Below, one piece after another: positions 33,206 to 47,599 of a stretch of 64,000 nucleotides of DNA. The DNA is taken from contig OX597815.1 of assembly GCA_951406725.2 (NCBI GenBank), forward strand, positions 171,244,001-171,308,000. Reading direction: 5' to 3'. The notes under the pieces were generated by a model that made no database searches, was not told where the DNA came from, and saw only the letters and a program-made list of their open reading frames with translations. The DNA comes from Octopus vulgaris. Its lineage: Eukaryota. Numbering within the stretch: position 1 is the first letter of the stretch; each line of letters starts with the position of its first letter. Made by a program: the position numbers and the translations under genes.

Positions 33206-35523
33206 ATGCATCCAAATATATACTTAGAGACAATTAGGGAGGCTGTATATACATATAGAAAGACTATTAAGTAGACTGACCTATGGGTTTAATTTGATAA
33301 ATATTATTAAATTGATGGTGTGACTCTTGCTATATTTGCACGAATTTTAATTATTTCCCAATCCTGTAATTAGCATTTCTTTGTGCATAAGTAAGCTCAT
33401 CCTCATTTTGATCAAATTCCATTGCACATTTGGTGTAGCAATCCTATTGTTTATTCATTTGTAGTGCCATTGAGTTTTGTTATTTTGTCTTAAATATTTC
33501 ATTGCTAATTTTCTTTCTCACGTCAAGGCTCTAACTTCTGTTTTGTATTTTCAGTTCCTTCTGTTTCCAATGGGTGTAAAATAATCAAAACTGGTCTAAC
33601 AGTTAGCCAGTGGCGCAGGTAGTGTATGTCGCCCGAAGCAATTCTCCAATTTGCTGCCTCTTCACGCCTCTCGCTCCCTATATAGGTTTATACAGAAAAC
33701 CCCAAACTCCTCCATAAGAGGGTCAACGCGAAGCAGTAGCTGCTTGCTCTTCTTCGCTACAGCTCTGGGTTTAGTTGTATATGTATCTTATACATTTCGT
33801 CTATCTTCATTTTTTTCATCAACAGACCACCTACTTGTCTATAATAAAAATCATTGCAGCTTTTACCTCTATTTCACCTGTCAACTTTTCGACCATTTAG
33901 TATACCTTTTTCATATTCCATCAACACCCTCTTTCAAACTCTTAACATGTTTTTGGTATGAAATTATCGTAGTCTCATTTATTTTTGGACTTCTACATAC
34001 GGTTTCAGCTTGGTATTATTTGGTATTTCTTTGGATTTTAGAATTCATTTTCCGTCGTGCTTACCGAGAATGTATTTCTTCATCCAGAACTGTTTTCTTT
34101 CATGCATTGCCTAAAATTATACTAGCACTTTACGTTAGATTCCACTGTGAATTTTACATTAGCTCTTTAACATTATCATCTTCCAGCCCCATTAGTGGAG
34201 GTGGAGATCTAATTCCAATTTCTGCGATAAATTATTGTTTTTGATTTCCGACTGCAATTTTATATCTATTTGTATTGTAATTTACACTCGTTGTCCTTAC
34301 TTTAGCTATATGCTTTAAATTCACCATTATGCTTGTCATGAATAAATTACGGTCACGGCCGATGCTTGTATCTAGAAATTTTCTAGATTTATCTCCATTA
34401 ACCATCTTTGCATTATGCTTGTCAACCAAAATATAGTCATGTTGTACTTTAGTGACGTCGCCTAGAGCTATTGGTTTCTTGATATTTTGTGGTGATATTT
34501 TGTATTGACTACCAAATCATAGTACCCTAACACATCGATCATTGGTTATATCATGACCACATTTATCTGTACTTTCTTGCCAGTGTAAATTTGCACTAGG
34601 ACCAATTTTACATGCTAGTCTCCTATTATCATTTTAAACTATTTTCTTGATAGTTTCTTTAACATTTGGCCAAAACAGACACAAAAGTTTTCAGCAGTAG
34701 AATAATTGTGGATTCCACCCTATTGTTCTTTAGTTATTAATCCTGACCCCGTCTGGTCTTGTGTAAAGTTAAATATTGCTGAAACTGCCATAGAAAAGTT
34801 TCATTTGGATCTGTAACCCAGGCAGTGCCCATCACATTTCCAAAATACTAGTGTCGTTAGCACTCAAGATCATCTGCCTAATGCACACACTTCTCACTGA
34901 GAAAGCCAAGTATATTGCCGGCTTAGTCGCCCAACACCGACCATTATTAGGTAGTACTGGATTACATAGTGCCAATAGCATGTTTCCTTTAGCTTGTGAT
35001 GGAAATTGGTTCCTATCTGGCAATTGATGATATTTTGCATTATTTGAAGTAAATAACATTATTAATTCTATTGGTAGACTTCTGGAACAAACCTGATCAT
35101 TTCTCTGTGAATATATGCAGATAAAAAAAATTATGTTTAAAGATGATTGTTTGAAGATTATAAAATTATTTAGTGCTTTCATGTAATAAACATAGAAACG
35201 AATAATTGAATTTGTATTTTAATAAGAGTAAGTCTGACTCTCTTAACTATTATGTTTTTCTTATTGACCAGTACATCTTATTTTTTAGAACAAAGAGTTT
35301 TGTTATTGACCTTCACGTGATAATTTTTAAGAGAGGAAGTGCCGAATTGATTTAAATTAACAATCAAATGAGAGAGATATTGTTTTTAAATACTTGTACG
35401 TCAGCTTATTTTATGTGACGAGTTTCCGTTACTTTTTAAATTTCATCATCTGACATTCCATGTTCCATTTGTTATCCTCCCTTTTAGTAGCCTGTTTCCG
35501 ATGCCTGTTTCCGATGCTTGTTT

Positions 35524-35635
<112 letters not shown>

Positions 35636-36997
35636 CAGAATATTTTTCTACTCCATTCTTCAGTATTTCAATGAAGCATGCAGGCGTTATAAACCCGAAC
35701 CCTCATTCGTCCGGTACAGCATTCTATATAACTATAACTTTCATTCTAGCGTTTCATGGGGCTTGATAAATCTGATTGGGCTCATCACCTTTCAAGATTA
35801 TCCGTATTGCTGGCTCTCATGAAACTCATCTTTTTTTTACTGGTTTTATGGGTTTCTTTTCATCCCGTTAAGTATCCCCACACCATTCTCACTGAGCAAG
35901 CACAGTAGGTTGTCGGATTAGTAGCCTGACCCTCGACCATGAATATGTAGAACTGGATTACATGCAGTAGCAAGCTTTTATCAGCTAATGATAGAACTGG
36001 TCCCGATCTGATAATGAAAAAGTGACAGCTAACGCTATTTAAATTAAATAATATTAATTTGCAAGATGGTTTTATTGATAGTTCTCTGTAACTATAGTCA
36101 AGCAGCTACAGCGATATTATATTTAAAGACGATTGTTTGAAATTTAGAGCACTCGTATCGAATAGGGGCAGGTACAATAAATCTGAATAGCTAATTCAAA
36201 ATAGCTAATCCAGAATAGCGTAAAAAAAGTGCTGCCTTCTATTAGGGATAAGGTTTCAATCCGCAGGCCTCATGTAGTTTTTGATTAACAATCAAATGAA
36301 ATAGACATTTTTGAATACCTGTATACATTTTATTTTACTTTTGCTAAGTATCTGTAAGAAGAAAATCTAAGAATGAATTTATAAGAATTTCAGCAAGTCC
36401 CACTCACCACAATATTGCAGTTAAAAAGCAGTACCATGACATTAAAGAATAAAATAAAATAAAATCCCTGGTCTCAGAAAATATCACCATATCCTATAAT
36501 TATAGCTTACTTATAAATATATCACAGTTAATTTAAGACTTATAAAGCCATTTTTGGAATGCCGAATTTACTCTAAGAGGACAAAACAATACAGTAGTCT
36601 TTGGAATTTTGGTAACACATATCTAAAACCTAAAGCTCAATTGAATAGGGAAAAAGATAACATTGTTTTGAAACCTTTCTGAAAATAAACTTCTTAACTG
36701 AACAGAAATGAACCATTATTGCATAAAATATATGCAAGTTTTATGTACTACGTCCCATGTTATTCAATGTTTTTATTTATCGTCAACAATGCACTTGCTG
36801 TCCAGTATAAACTGCAGCTTTGTAATTTGCTGATAATCCGTCAGTATATAGTAAGACGGTTCGAAAATGTCGGTGCTTAAAAATGAGATAAAACTTAAGA
36901 AATTATATTATTCTAAAAGATAAGTATATTTTCACAGCGGATGTCATATAGATAACGACTTTCCTTCATCAAACAAGCATGTACGTTAATTTGACTG

Positions 36998-37065
<68 letters not shown>

Positions 37066-38197
37066 TATATATATATATATATATTTATAAATATATATAT
37101 ATATATATATCTATATATATGTATCTATATATATGTATATATATATATACATACATACATACATACATACATACATACATACATACATACATACATACAT
37201 ACATACATACATACATACATACATAAATACCCGCGCACGCACATAGAGTATATGTATATACACAAATATATAGATGTATATATGCAAGTGTATATGAGTG
37301 TACATGTGTGTGTGTGTGTTTGTACATGTAAGTGCGCGTGAGCATGTTATTTTTACATGTGAAATTGTTGTTTACAAAAGGAAGATATGTATATATTATA
37401 AAGAGTCGTATAAACGAACCGCTAGAGCGTCGGACTAAACATTAAACAATATTAACGTTTTCTTGAAATAGAATGCCGGTAAGGGTGAATGCGACGTCAT
37501 CCACATTTCCTGCCAATAATATAAAAAAAAAACTAAAACATCAAACGACTAACACAATCGATTCCATGGAAATTAATGAATCGTTTGCACGTCGGGCGAC
37601 ATGCTTAGCGGTATTTCGTCTGCCGCTACGTTCTGAGTTCAAATTCCGCCGAGCTTGACTTTGCCTTTCATCCTTTCTGGGTCGATTAAATAAGTACCAG
37701 TTACGCACTTGGGTTGATGTAATCGACTTAATCCGTTTGTCTGTCCTTGTTCGTTCTCTCTGTGTTTAGTCCCTTGTGAGCAATAAAGAAATAGGTACAC
37801 ATTTTATTGGCATTGTATCAATATATGAAAGAAAAATTATACGATAGAACTTCTAAGTGGTCACTCATCCAGCTAGAAATAGCAACTGAAATTCCATAAA
37901 ATCACGATGTACTGACTTAAAAATGCATATTCTGTAAGATAATATCTGGAAAGATATTCACAATAGTTCTCTTTGGTCAGGACAAATCTGGGACTAAACA
38001 GCAAGGACACTTATATTTGTTTTTTAAAACATCAAAATATTAATGATCTTATATGCACACATACACACACACACGCACATACACATACATATGTGCATGC
38101 ATGCATGTGTGTATATATACATCTATGTGTATGTTTGTGTGTGTATATGTGCGTGTGTGTGTGTATGTGTGTGTGTGTGCGTATATGCGTGCAAACG

Positions 38198-38522
38198 GGA
38201 GGGCGCGTGGCTTAGTGGTTAGGGCATTCGGCTCATGATCGTAAGGTTGTGAGTTCGATTCCCGGCGACGCGTTGTGTCCTTGAGCAAGACACTTTATTT
38301 CACGTTGCTCCAGTCCACTCAGCTGGCAAAAATGAGTTGTACTTGTATTTCAAAGGGTCAGCCTTGTCACTCTCTGTGTCACGCTGATTATCCCCGAGAA
38401 CTACGTTAAGGGTACACGTGTCTGTGGAATGCTCAGCCATTTGCACGTTAATTTCACGAGCAAGCTGTTCCGTTGATCGTATCAGCTGGGACCCTCGTCG
38501 TCGTAACCGGCGGAGTCTTTTT
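38198..38522 (+). mobile_element. tRNA-derived SINE, third family
   Basis: A box TGGCTTAGTGG, B box AGTTCGATTCC, TGTGTCCTTGAGCAAGACACTT core. Confidence 0.85.
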
Positions 38523-39707
38523 TTTATGCGTGCACACAGTGAGTGTAGGGTATAAAAGCAGCGTCACCCTTCTTCCGAAAACCCGAGAAGCGCAATGGGT
38601 GAGAGTATACAATAAATAATCAAATTTGGAAAGAAGGTGGCCACTGAATTCTTAGTATTTCACCTCTCCCGAACTTGATTAATAATAATATTCTTTTCTT
38701 TTACTCTTTTAATTGTTTCAGTCATTTGACTGCGGCCATGCTGGAGCACCGCTTTGAGTCGAACAAATGGACACCAGCACTTATTCTTTATAAGCCTAGT
38801 ACTTATTCTATCAGTTTCTGTTGATGAACCGCTAAGTTATGGGGGTGTAAACACACAGACATCGATGTCAAGCGATGGTCGGAGCGCCAAACACAGAAAC
38901 ACGAATATATATATATATATACTCGTGCCGACCACAGCCTTGTGAGTGGACCCGGTAGACGGAAACAAAAAGCAGCTCGCCGTATATCTATACCATAATG
39001 GAGAAAGATGCTTAATTAGGTATGTAACAATTACTAAAAGTGCTAAAAGAAAGCAATTATTAAAGGGTTGACCGTCTGGAAATATTTTTATAAATTCATG
39101 TTCTAAGAAATTTCCTATAATTTCTATTTCTCAAGATTTAAATATTCATTGCATTCACTGCGTCTAATTCACAAATTTAAATATTCATTGCATTCACTGC
39201 AGAGCATTCCCTTTTCATTTGCAAAGTCTCTCACTTTCTTTTTTAAGGTTTCATTCGCTATTTGGAAAACCGACAGCTTATTCTATTAATGTATACGTAA
39301 AATATTATTTATTTAATGAAAATTTTAAAAATACCCGTATAATTTTTGAAGGCGGAATAGCTGTGAGAAGAGCCTAGAAAGTTGGAGAAGACGAGGAGAA
39401 AAAGTTACTAACGAATACTGGAAACTTGCTCTTTATTCACAGTTTCCAAACACTCTGTACCACTAAGCCAATATCTACACAAACAAGTTGCACGAGCGAC
39501 TTCAACAGTGACACACTCGCACACACACATAGATACACATACACATACATGAAAGGCAATAAATGTGTGTGTGTATGTGTCTGTTTGCTGTTCAATGACA
39601 AAACTTCGTACAGCATTACTTTTGCAAAGGTTTGTCAGTGAACAGGTCGCGGTTTCAAAGCGAAGAAAATATTCTGGCAAACGAAATTTTAATGTTGAAG
39701 TGAAACT

Positions 39708-39904
39708 GGTACTACTTAAATACAGGTGTCACGTGCAAAGCATTTTAAATGTACGCAGTGTGGACGTGTTATGACACTCTGAACCTAATCCTAAATAACC
39801 CTAAAACTAGCCTTAGCCTTAACCCTAAAAACTAACCCTAAAACTAACCCTCACCTTCATATCGTTACGTAGATGCATCGGGACTTCTGTATTTAAGTAG
39901 TGCC
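39708..39904. mobile_element. Merlin-like MITE (197 bp)
   Basis: 18-bp TIRs GGTACTACTTAAATACAG / CTGTATTTAAGTAGTGCC; 8-bp TSD GTGAAACT at 39700-39707 and 39905-39912. Confidence 0.8.
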
Positions 39905-41914
39905 GTGAAACTAACGGTTTCTGAGTGTTCTTTAATGACTTACAAACATCTACGCTTCAATTGTTTTTGTTTCAGCACACGATCTTATATCAAGTTACTT
40001 GCTATGCAAGTACATTTTCATAATTTTTTTTTATCACTGTGGATAAATGCCAGCAATGACCTTCTCAGGCTCTCCAATAGTTTAATTTCTAAACAGAAAC
40101 AATCGGAGGCAGGGAGTGGGGTTGCAAAAATTCATAATTTCTCAAATTTTCTTTTTTATAGCATAAAAATGTATTTATGGGGGTAAAATATTGAAAAACA
40201 TCAATACGTGTGCGAGTGATAAATAAACGAGGAGGGTTTTCTTTGGATATGCTTGAAATAACTGCCAAATCACCCTTAAATCACTCACCTTTCCCTCTAA
40301 AAATATTAACAATTTAAGAATTTTTTTATCGAAAATGCTCTTTTCATGGTTTTCAAGTGCAAAAATTGACCAAAATTGGAGTGTGAGTGTGAGTTAAGGT
40401 CTAGGCCTATTTGGTTGCTATTTTTAGCGCGCATGACAACCATATCAATGGCTACGACAAAAATATTTGATCGATAAACATGTCCGCGTTTTTAATACAA
40501 AGGGACATCTCATGCGAGTAATCAAATCGATAACACTGAGAGTAGTCAAATCGATAACACTGCATTCTAGGCATGCCTAATTATCAGTAAAAGCAGACTT
40601 AATTTCAAAAAATTCATTGTCACCCACAAAATGTTCATGTCGCCCGCCAAAATCTCAAATCGCCCACCATTTTCTAGAAATTTGCCCATCGGCTACCTGT
40701 AAGTTGAAATTGCCCACCAGAGGGCGATACCGCCCACTTTGGGAAGCTATGTTCTAAGGATACATTCTATCAGAGCTTCTGCTAATTTTGGCGCTAACTC
40801 CATAATTTATTTTATGAATGTCCACGGTAATGTGCTAGAGTGTGAAACTACAAGGGAAACTTAATGTAACCCATAATTTCTCCATAGACTATCTAATGAT
40901 CCACTCACGAAATTTTGGCAATATTGAGCAACATAGATTTAGAAGCATTTTCTGCTGATATAACAATAGAATTTGAGCAAAACAATGTTCATATTTGACA
41001 GAACTTTGAAAACTGTTTTGCAAAGTTCAAACCAGGCATCAACGATTGGTCCATGTCCCCTGTTTCACCCAATAAATGCTATATACAATGAGATTCATGA
41101 AAATATATTATACAACAGCATGATGAATAAATATTAAGTGACCAAAGAATATTATACCAAGCTAAAACAGATATAGCACTCTTATAACAAAACAATAATC
41201 CATAATGCTTACGTGGTACCAATACCGATACCAACATTGTGTATCTTAGACTGATTTAACGAAAATATTTACAACATGCACATTAAAATCTGCAAGATCC
41301 TGAATTCTACAGTAAACTTCCACAGAAACAGGCATTCACAGTAGAATGCCTTTACGTATATATTTTTATTCCTTTTGTTTTATTCCCTACAGAAAGGCTC
41401 TTGATTAGGAAAGACTTTTGAGATTCCCCTTCGTGGAAGATTTTTTCCTTTTTAAAATGTTTACATGCCTTTTCGAACATTTCACACGACTTTGTTCCTT
41501 ACAACTCACAAAAACCTTCAGAACTACTCGCATCTTTCATTGTCGTAATGTTTTACTTTCACTTTATGATAGATAGCTATCACGCAGAGTATGCCAGCTT
41601 CCAAATCCTGTTTTCTGATTAGGTAAAAACTATTAAACCTTAAACCGTTGTAACATTTTCTATAATTTTTCTGGAACAAGTAAATAACAAAATCGTATTC
41701 AACATACCAAATTCGAAAATTTTCAATTAATTTAAAAATTTTAAAACCTGTGACAGCAAGAGAAAAGACTTGAGAAAGGTAGACAGATATGCACACGCAT
41801 ATATAAAAACACATATACTCTCATTATATAGCAGACATATGTCTGAGTGTGTATGTGTAGTGTGAGTGTATGTGCGTATGTATGTGCGAGTGTGTGTATG
41901 TATGTTTACGTCAG

Positions 41915-42463
41915 CTCACTTTCGAGTGCTACTGGTAACATGTAACCCAGTACAACCTGTTGCATGGTCGGGTCGTCGGCGACTAAACCGGCAACCCCAC
42001 CAAACCTGCTTGGTGAGGAGGATGTTCATTGGTCACCCTGCGGGATGAAAAAGAAGACCTGTCAAAGGGCGGAGGAACTCTTGAGAGTCAACAGCCATTC
42101 AATAAATGTCTTAAGGCTGTATCATGCGCGGGGACATAGAAATAATCGGACTCAATACCCGATCGCGCGGTTAAATCATTGGGAGTGAAGGACTCCTAGC
42201 CTTTGGTAGGGCATCCTTCTAGGAGAAGGTAACTTAGGTAACTGGGATAACTCCGACATAAAACCTCTGGCTCAGTGGTTACCGATGATGTTGACTTGTT
42301 CTTCTTTTCGGATTATGGCTGCTGTTGCTTAGTGAGTGGGATTGACTCAGTGCACAGCCTTTCCTCACTTTAAAAAAAATCTTCTTGCACAAGCATTGCA
42401 CAATAACAACATTGATTAAGCTTCGTGCAATGGCCATACTCGATAACGAGGGGAGCAGCCACC
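41915..42463 (+). mobile_element. Short non-autonomous RTE-derived element (RTE 5' UTR + RTE 3' tail)
   Basis: The 3' end TTAAGCTTCGTG.AATGGCCATACTCGATAACGAGGG matches 30356-30400; the 5' end matches the reverse complement of 28355-28485. Confidence 0.7.
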
Positions 42464-43134
42464 ATGTATGTATGTATGCATGTATGTATGTATGTATGTA
42501 TGTATGTATGTATGTATGTATGTATGTATGTATGCATGTATGTATGTATGTATGTATGTATGTATGAATGTATGTATGTAAGGAAACACTCGCAACCATG
42601 TGTGTGTAAGTTTCCTTGTGAAACGTTGCAGGTGGACAACTGTTGTCAACTTACCAGCACTTGCTCTCTTTAAATCTAAGTATTCTACACACATCTTCCT
42701 TTCCTTTCCTCACCATTTTAAAAGTTATTTATATGTATGTGTATTGGTATGTGTATGCATGTGCATGTATGTATGTGTGAGTACATGCATCTGCGTATTT
42801 ACGTACGTATGTATGTAGAGTCCATCGTAATAGTTTTCCGCTTTTCACCAAGCGTCCTCCACTGCTTGGAAATTTCCAAATTTAGATTTCGCTTAACTTC
42901 AAATTTACACATATATACACTGATCAAAGGGACGCCGAGACATCAGACTCGGCAATGACACTTCGGTCTAGCGCCATTTCATTCTACCGGTCATTCGCTA
43001 CATCTGTCTGTCTTCGGACTGTCTCTACACAAAAGCCACCCGGACTCCCGTCTCCGCTGTGAACAGAAATTTAATCTTCTCCCTTCGTTTCTTTGTGCCG
43101 TATGGGCTCGACTCGCTATATATATATGTATGTA

Positions 43135-43174
<40 letters not shown>

Positions 43175-43176
43175 TT

Positions 43177-43219
<43 letters not shown>

Positions 43220-43913
43220 AATATGGAATAAAAATACAATAGAGGACAATAACACATTCTGACAGATAGACGATACAAAGGCGGACAAGAAAAGCAACAA
43301 TTAGGGGGACAGGAAAAGAAAAAAAGGACGAGTCATTCGTGGCCTTCTTTCTTTTGTCAAGTTACCAGATGTCCTTACAAATTCTGGCAGTTACACTTGA
43401 GACTGTTCGATCTAGTTGCCACCAAAACAGTCTAAGCTAAGAGCATTAGATTTTTCGTAAGAAAGCTAGCGAATGTGTACGGCAACAAAGACAAAAAACA
43501 GAGAACATGGTACGCAAGTCGACTGAGGACGAATCAAGTTGAGCTGGCGTGTATAAAGTGAAAGCCTTAAGGCAGGAACATAGGAGATGGTCATAAGAGG
43601 TAATGGCGGTCGGCAGTCAGATCAAGAAACAAAGACCATGGCTGGCCGGACACCGGTCACGTGGGAGGAGAAAAGAAGGGAAGGGTCAGCGGATTGAAGG
43701 ATTAAAAAAATCAGAGATAAAGGGAAAAGTACAGGGGAGATAAACGAGGAGGGAAAGCAGTAGTTAAGAAAGAGAGGGCCAACAAAATGTACCAACAGCT
43801 GTGACAAAGGCGCATGCAGGAGTGGTGATGTGAAACACCCAGATTGAGGAAATCAGAAACACCATGGTGGAAATACAACATGACTACGGCCGCATGGCTG
43901 AAACGAGTTAAAG

Positions 43914-43990
<77 letters not shown>

Positions 43991-43994
43991 TCTT

Positions 43995-44970
43995 GTAGAG
44001 AATGGTGTCAAGCAGGGTGACATCCTTGCTCCAACTCTCTTTTCTTTGTACTGCGCTGCTGCTTTTACTCATGCATTTGCTAAGGTTAGCTCTCTGGGAA
44101 TATATGTCAGATATCGATATTCTGGCTGCCTCTTTAGTCTGCGTCGATTTGCTGCCAATTCAAAAGTTTTCCAGTCTATTATTTGTGACCTCCTTTATGC
44201 GGATGACTGTAACTTAGTCATACAGTAGATGACATGCAAATACTCATGAATTGTATTTCTGCTTCTTGCAAGGCTTTTGGACTCAGTATTAGCCTGGACA
44301 AGACTGTTGTAATATTCCAGCATGCACCAGGAAATCCATATCTAGAACCAGCTATTTGGTTGAAGAAACAATTCTGAAGGTGGTAGACAAGTTTGTCTAC
44401 CTGGGCAGCACACTCAGCCGTTCTTGCTCCTTGGATGATGATATATCTTTCAGGCTGCAGAGAGCAACTGATTCCTTCCGGTCTTTTCAGTTTCGTGTCT
44501 GCTCGCAGCATGGCATCACAAAGCAAACAAAAATTAATGTGTATCGTGCAAGTGTACTGACATCACTCCTTTACTCATGTGAGACATGGACCCTTTACAA
44601 GCGTTATGTAAGGGACCTTGAACGCTTTCATCAGAGATGTTTTAAAAACATTCTGAAGGTTGGCTGGACCTTAAAAATTCCAGATACACAGGTCCTGAAG
44701 ACAGCTGATATCTTGAGTATTGAGGCGATGGTGCACAAGCACCGGTTACGTTGGACTTGACACCTTATTAGAATGAAGGATAGCAGGATCCCTAAGCAGA
44801 GGCTACATGGGGAACTTGTGAATGGAAAGAGACCTCGACAGAAACCAAGGCTACGATTTAAGGACTGTGTCAAGTCCTCATTAAAGGAGAACAATACCTG
44901 TCATCGCCACTGATGGAGGAGCAGATTAAGGAGAGGGTCGACACTTCTGAGAGAGCGCGTATTCAGCATG
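43995..44970 (+). mobile_element. Decayed RTE LINE RT fragment
   Basis: NGVKQGDILAPTLF, DLLYADDC, FVYLGSTLS, LLYSCETW, RLRW. Confidence 0.9.
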
Positions 44971-46443
44971 AAGAACACGCACACGCACGCACACACACAC
45001 ACATACATACGCACACATATACATACAGACATATATACATGCATACATAAAACACAGGTTTCAGAGATGACTCGAGTGAGAGGCATTGATAAATCGCTCC
45101 TACGGCGAAATACAGTATCGCTTTCGCAATGTGATCACTTCTAAGGGCAAATATACGTCTTTAAAAAGATTATTCCCGGACGAAACCGCTTTCTCTGACG
45201 TTTAAACAACACACATACGTTAAATAGGTGTTACTGATATTTACTTTATAGAACTGCTTCTAACGCATAATCTGAAGATGTGTGTGTGTGTCTTCAGTTG
45301 AAAATAAAGTTCCCCTGTTACTCAAGTTTCACGCAGTACGGGGCGCGAGAACTATCATAATCATTATAATTTCATTATATAGAATAAACCAGTACATCAA
45401 GTGCGAAGTACTCTCTTTTCCACAATTTCTCATGCCATAACACACACACACACACACACACAAACACACAAACATATCTTCAGGGCTAGCAAAATGATGA
45501 AACACAATAGAATAAATGGGAAATCAGCTGATGGAAAGATCACAGCGTAAGCAAAGTGAAATAGGTGTAGAATTCGCTCATATAAGAAAATATAATATTT
45601 AGTCATGTAACTGTATTTGTGTTATAAAGTATGTTACACATATTGTATGGCTTGTATATCAATAAATAATATTTATCAAAATAATTATCATTTCACATGC
45701 GATCTTTCTTCTAGACATCTCTTTTAGAAAGACATCTGTTTTCTAGCCTCGTATTTATTTCTAAAACATTGTAAAAATCTCATCACTACACAAAATTGCA
45801 CAGCTTTATTTACCCTAAATTGTTTTATTATATCTAAGGAGATAGAGACACTTCGCAGAACCCCTGCAAAGTAAGTATTCAACACCTACACAATAATATA
45901 ATTTGTGTAGATAGTAAGCGACCTTTTCAAGATTGGTCTTCGTGATCTTTGAGAAAAAGCATCTTCGTCTGCAATTATCTCAATCTGTTAAAATAGTTCT
46001 TCGCAGTCTCATGTCATCTTGACCGATAGGAACAATAATTTTAAACGAACACTAAACATTGCAGAAGACACGAACGTCAGCTAACAATCGGTCTGTTGAG
46101 TGTTCAGTTAAGAATAAGAGGTATTTAGATTGCATGAATATAAAATAGCTAATAATAAACCTTAAAAAAAAAAACAGAAATGGCAAAATACCAGCAAAGA
46201 AAATAATAAAAGAAATCGATATTTCGCTTATAGCAGCTTTGTCTGCCCAAATTAAACCAACTTTCCCAGAAACATGTTTAGCGTCGAAATTTCGTATTCG
46301 CTTATATTGTCGAAATTACAGAGATATCTAAACAACACCTGATGTACAGAGCTATTACTATTTTTTCTGCGATCCATTTGTCTGCTTTTAGTGGATACAT
46401 ACACACATACACACGTACACATACACATGAACAAAGGCACACG

Positions 46444-46478
<35 letters not shown>

Positions 46479-46594
46479 GTATATAAAAAAACATTTCTTG
46501 ACACGTTGAATTTCGAAGCAGATAAATACTAGAAATAACAGCGTGCATGTAAATATTGGGTTAAAAAAAATTTGGGGGGATTGAAAGGGTTGAA

Positions 46595-46670
46595 GGTTGT
46601 CTGTGGGACTCGAACCCACATTTTCTGTAAATAGGACAGGCGTTCTACCATTTGTACCAAACCCTTCAAA
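46595..46670 (-). pseudogene. tRNA-like sequence (pseudogene or SINE head)
   Basis: TGGTACAAATGGTAGAAC D-arm-like, CTGT-cctattt-ACAG, GTGGG-TTCGAGT-CCCAC T arm; poor acceptor stem. Confidence 0.45.
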
Positions 46671-47237
46671 GTTTTACACACACGCACGCACACACAAGTG
46701 ATCACACAAACACACATACGTATACACACGCACACATACACATATTCTAAAAGAATTTGAGGAGTTTAGTTCAATGGGGATCTAAACGAATAGGTACGTT
46801 GTGTAAGTGCTATAATTGGTCAACCTTTAGGTTCCAAGTTCACTGCTGAGGCTGGAACTAGGGAGCCGTAGTAGGCTTCCAAATTAGCAGGTATATATTA
46901 GAGGAACCAGGATAGCAAAACCAAGGTAGGATGAGTATCTCAAGTCATTTAGTATACTTAATTAGAGTAAGGTGAAATTGAGGTAATCGAATAGTTAATT
47001 AATTAATTAATTATTGGATGTCATACAACTGTTTCTGAGATATTCCAATTGATAGGTTAGCATCTCCATACGCTGGGTATGCTGGGCTGTGTGGTAAGTA
47101 GCTTTCTTACCAACCACATGGTTCCGGGTTCATCCTACTGCGTGGCACATGGGGCAAGGGTCTTCTACTATAGCCTCGGGCCGACCAAAGCCTTATGAGT
47201 GGATTTAGTAAACGGAAACTGAAAGAAACCCGTCGTG

Positions 47238-47311
<74 letters not shown>

Positions 47312-47599
47312 CGTGTTTGTCCTCCAATTCCGCTTGACAACCGCTGCTGGTGTATTTACGTCCCCGTCACTTAGCAGTTCGGCCTGAGAGGCCGATAGAA
47401 TAAGTCCTAGGCTTACAAAGGATAAGTCCTGGGGTTGTTTGCTCGACTACAGGTGGTGCTCCAGCATGGCCGCTGTCAAATGACTGAAAAAAAAGAAAAA
47501 GAAGAGGAATTTTTTAATATATCTTTTTGATAAATAATTTGTTTATAGAGTTGATTTTAAATTATATTTGTCTGTTAAATGTGGATATACGAGGTGAAT

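Noticed and set aside
33350-34800. Possible Gypsy integrase remnant on the minus strand (FWPNVKETIKKIV) and ORF 33651-34244
   Set aside because: Too decayed to support; the ORF has no recognisable motif.
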